This document shows positions 35,453 to 37,561 of a DNA stretch of 37,561 bases, piece after piece (within the stretch, counting starts at the first letter, position 1; the number at the start of each line of letters is the position of its first letter). Source of the DNA: Octopus bimaculoides (lineage: Eukaryota); the NCBI RefSeq assembly GCF_001194135.2, contig NC_068981.1, forward strand, positions 91,658,609-91,696,169, read 5' to 3'. The position numbers and the translations under genes were made by a program. A model generated the notes under the pieces. The model was not told the origin of the DNA. It saw only the letters and a program-made list of their open reading frames with translations, and ran no database searches.

Positions 35453-36029
35453 TGATAACTATATTTAAAATCACTCGCTTGTGTACAAGAATAAGCAATC
35501 AGGAAGGGATACAAAAACACAAAACAACTATACATACGTAGGTGGATATACGTACATTTAGCACAGTCGTCTATGAATGCAGGAAAACATAAAAGATATA
35601 TACATACATGTACAAATATAGCTATATAGTAGAATACACAAATAATGTGTGGTAGAAAAAGTAGCATGTATGTATGCTTTTTAGTCGTATGTTTGTATGC
35701 GTTTAAGAAAGCGTGGACAAGTACACTTGCTATTGTTAGACGGCAAAACTACATAAATATATCACATACGAAAATATATTAGAAAGACCTATATGGAGAA
35801 TAATATATGAAGTTTTATAAACAGATAACAATGGTCTTTTCTAGTCATTCGTAAGTTATCTGACATCATGTGTTGTTTTTTTGTGGGAGTAGAAGATGAT
35901 ATTTTTATTTTTTTATTTTATATTTTTATATTTTTAATATTTTATTTCCGATTTGGTCTCAAGTGTTCACATATGTGTTTTATGTACGGATTTATGCATA
36001 CGTCATTATGTGTTTATGAATGGATCTGT

Positions 36030-37330
36030 GTCAATATTCAGTTTATTTCAAGATTTCTTGCCAACAACAACATCAGGGTATTTTTGTATGTATGTATGTA
36101 TGTATGTATGTATGTATGTATGTATGTGTGCATGTATGTAAATATTTATGTATGTGCAGATTTGTATGTTTTATGTATGTATTCTCATGCATATAGTTGC
36201 ATATCTAGACATGCTCATATATATTTAAATGATAAACTTCTGAAAAGTTTTACAGATTTTACAGTTCAAGTGATGGATTGAATCTGAAGTCTTTGAATTA
36301 GCTTTCTCCTTTCTGGTTTTGAGAAGCCTAATTACTCAAGATTGTTATTTAGGCAGTGTGTTACATATCTCAGGGACCCAACAATTACAGGTATAAACCT
36401 GAACTTGTAATCTGGATAGAGTAACTGTAGATTTCTCAGTAGTTCAGCATAAGTATTCTCTTTTTTATTTATCTTCAACTTTATGTTAACATCAGCCAGG
36501 CAGCTAATTTCCACAACTGTGCACAGTTTCTCTTCTCTATCCCAAATCATCATATCAAGTCTGTTGTGTTTACATTTTATTGAAGTCTTCACTGGTACAT
36601 TCCACCAGTGTTCCTTTTCATTATGATTGGCTATAGCTTCTACCATATTGTGGGATCTTATTTCTTTGTCCTCGGGATTATCCATCGACAGATTTTATTA
36701 TAGAGAGTGTCTTAGCTACAACGTCATGTCTCATCGGTAGATAATACCATGATGACATTTTGGGACAACTGCTTATGATGTGTGAAGTTCACAAAGTCTG
36801 CATCGGTTGTCACACTTTAACAGCTCTACCTGCATCTCTATCTCTTTTGTAAATCAGGTACTTTGTTGATATTTCCTGTTCCTGGATTGCAAACGTATTA
36901 CGCTTCTAAGTGGGAGCTAGTAATCCGGCTATTGGTCCGTGATAAACTGCTTCGATGATTGATGTCACTATCAACACCATGCTTCCTAGTAACATATCCA
37001 TGCATAGTCTTCTGCTCATTATAGGCTCATCTTTTCATCTGATGATACGTTGCGGTAGAGTCATGCGAGTTCTTTGGACATGTATTCTAGGTTATCAGAC
37101 AAAGAGTGTTGCTGAAGGAGCTGCTTTCCAAGTCTTATGATATTATCATCTTCATGTATGCAAACTTGGTCGAGGGATGCATTGCGACACTTGGTGGTTA
37201 AAAGATGTTGCTGGAGGGATACGCCGCGATATTCAAAGGATTTTGGATCGATGTTAAGCTTCTTCCTACTTATTTTCGTTTTAGGTAGAGGCGGTCTACA
37301 TCACTGTGTATGTGGAAAGTATGTGTACTT
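36030..37330 (-). mobile_element. 5'-truncated R4/Dong-type RLE non-LTR retrotransposon (post-RT region, zinc knuckle, restriction-like endonuclease, 3'UTR)
   Basis: HSDVDRLYLKRK; MHG; FAIQEQEISTK; CRLC...HIISSC; RHDVVAK; HNRLDMMIWD...VEISCLAD..K..TY; IPVIVG. The 3'UTR contains an internal (ATAC)n. Frameshifted. Confidence 0.9.
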
Positions 37331-37561
37331 TTGAAAAAATTTAATTGTAGATCGATTTGATTATTAATCGAATGGTCTTTTTTTAGTTATCTCTTTGAAA
37401 ATATAGCCACGAAACGTGCGTAATCATTTTTATCCCATTTACTAGTTATTCTTTTATGTATTTTATTGATATTTAGAATAAGGTTTTTATGATATATTTA
37501 TTTTCTAGAGGGTATGAATTACATTCTTTATTATTGAATTATTTAATAGTCGTTGTTTATT

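Overview
This is AT-rich eukaryotic (animal) DNA from a gapped short-read-type assembly: 10 N-gaps, about 4.2 kb, nearly all bordered by microsatellites. The microsatellite load and my recall of the SINE families point to a coleoid cephalopod such as Octopus (inference, not a database result). The window is mostly decayed transposons. DNA elements: two internally deleted mariners with TIRs, a Tc1/mariner C-terminal fragment, a TTAA piggyBac-type MITE, a Helitron derivative with an intact 3' hairpin/CTAG, a DINE/HINE-like element and short fold-back MITEs. Retroelements: tRNA-derived SINEs, a CR1/L2-group LINE, an RTE LINE, a Tx1/L1-like 3' end, two R4/Dong-type RLE copies and Penelope-like GIY-YIG fragments. 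The only plausible host coding sequence is one + strand exon (26671-26866, GTAAGT donor) resembling the start of a class B (secretin/calcitonin-type) GPCR ectodomain, possibly with upstream 5'UTR exons. No rRNA, complete tRNA or CRISPR array is supported. Most entries in the ORF track are artefacts of microsatellites or N-gaps. I found no convincing novel multi-gene system; the best leads are unusual TE derivatives and the orphan exon.
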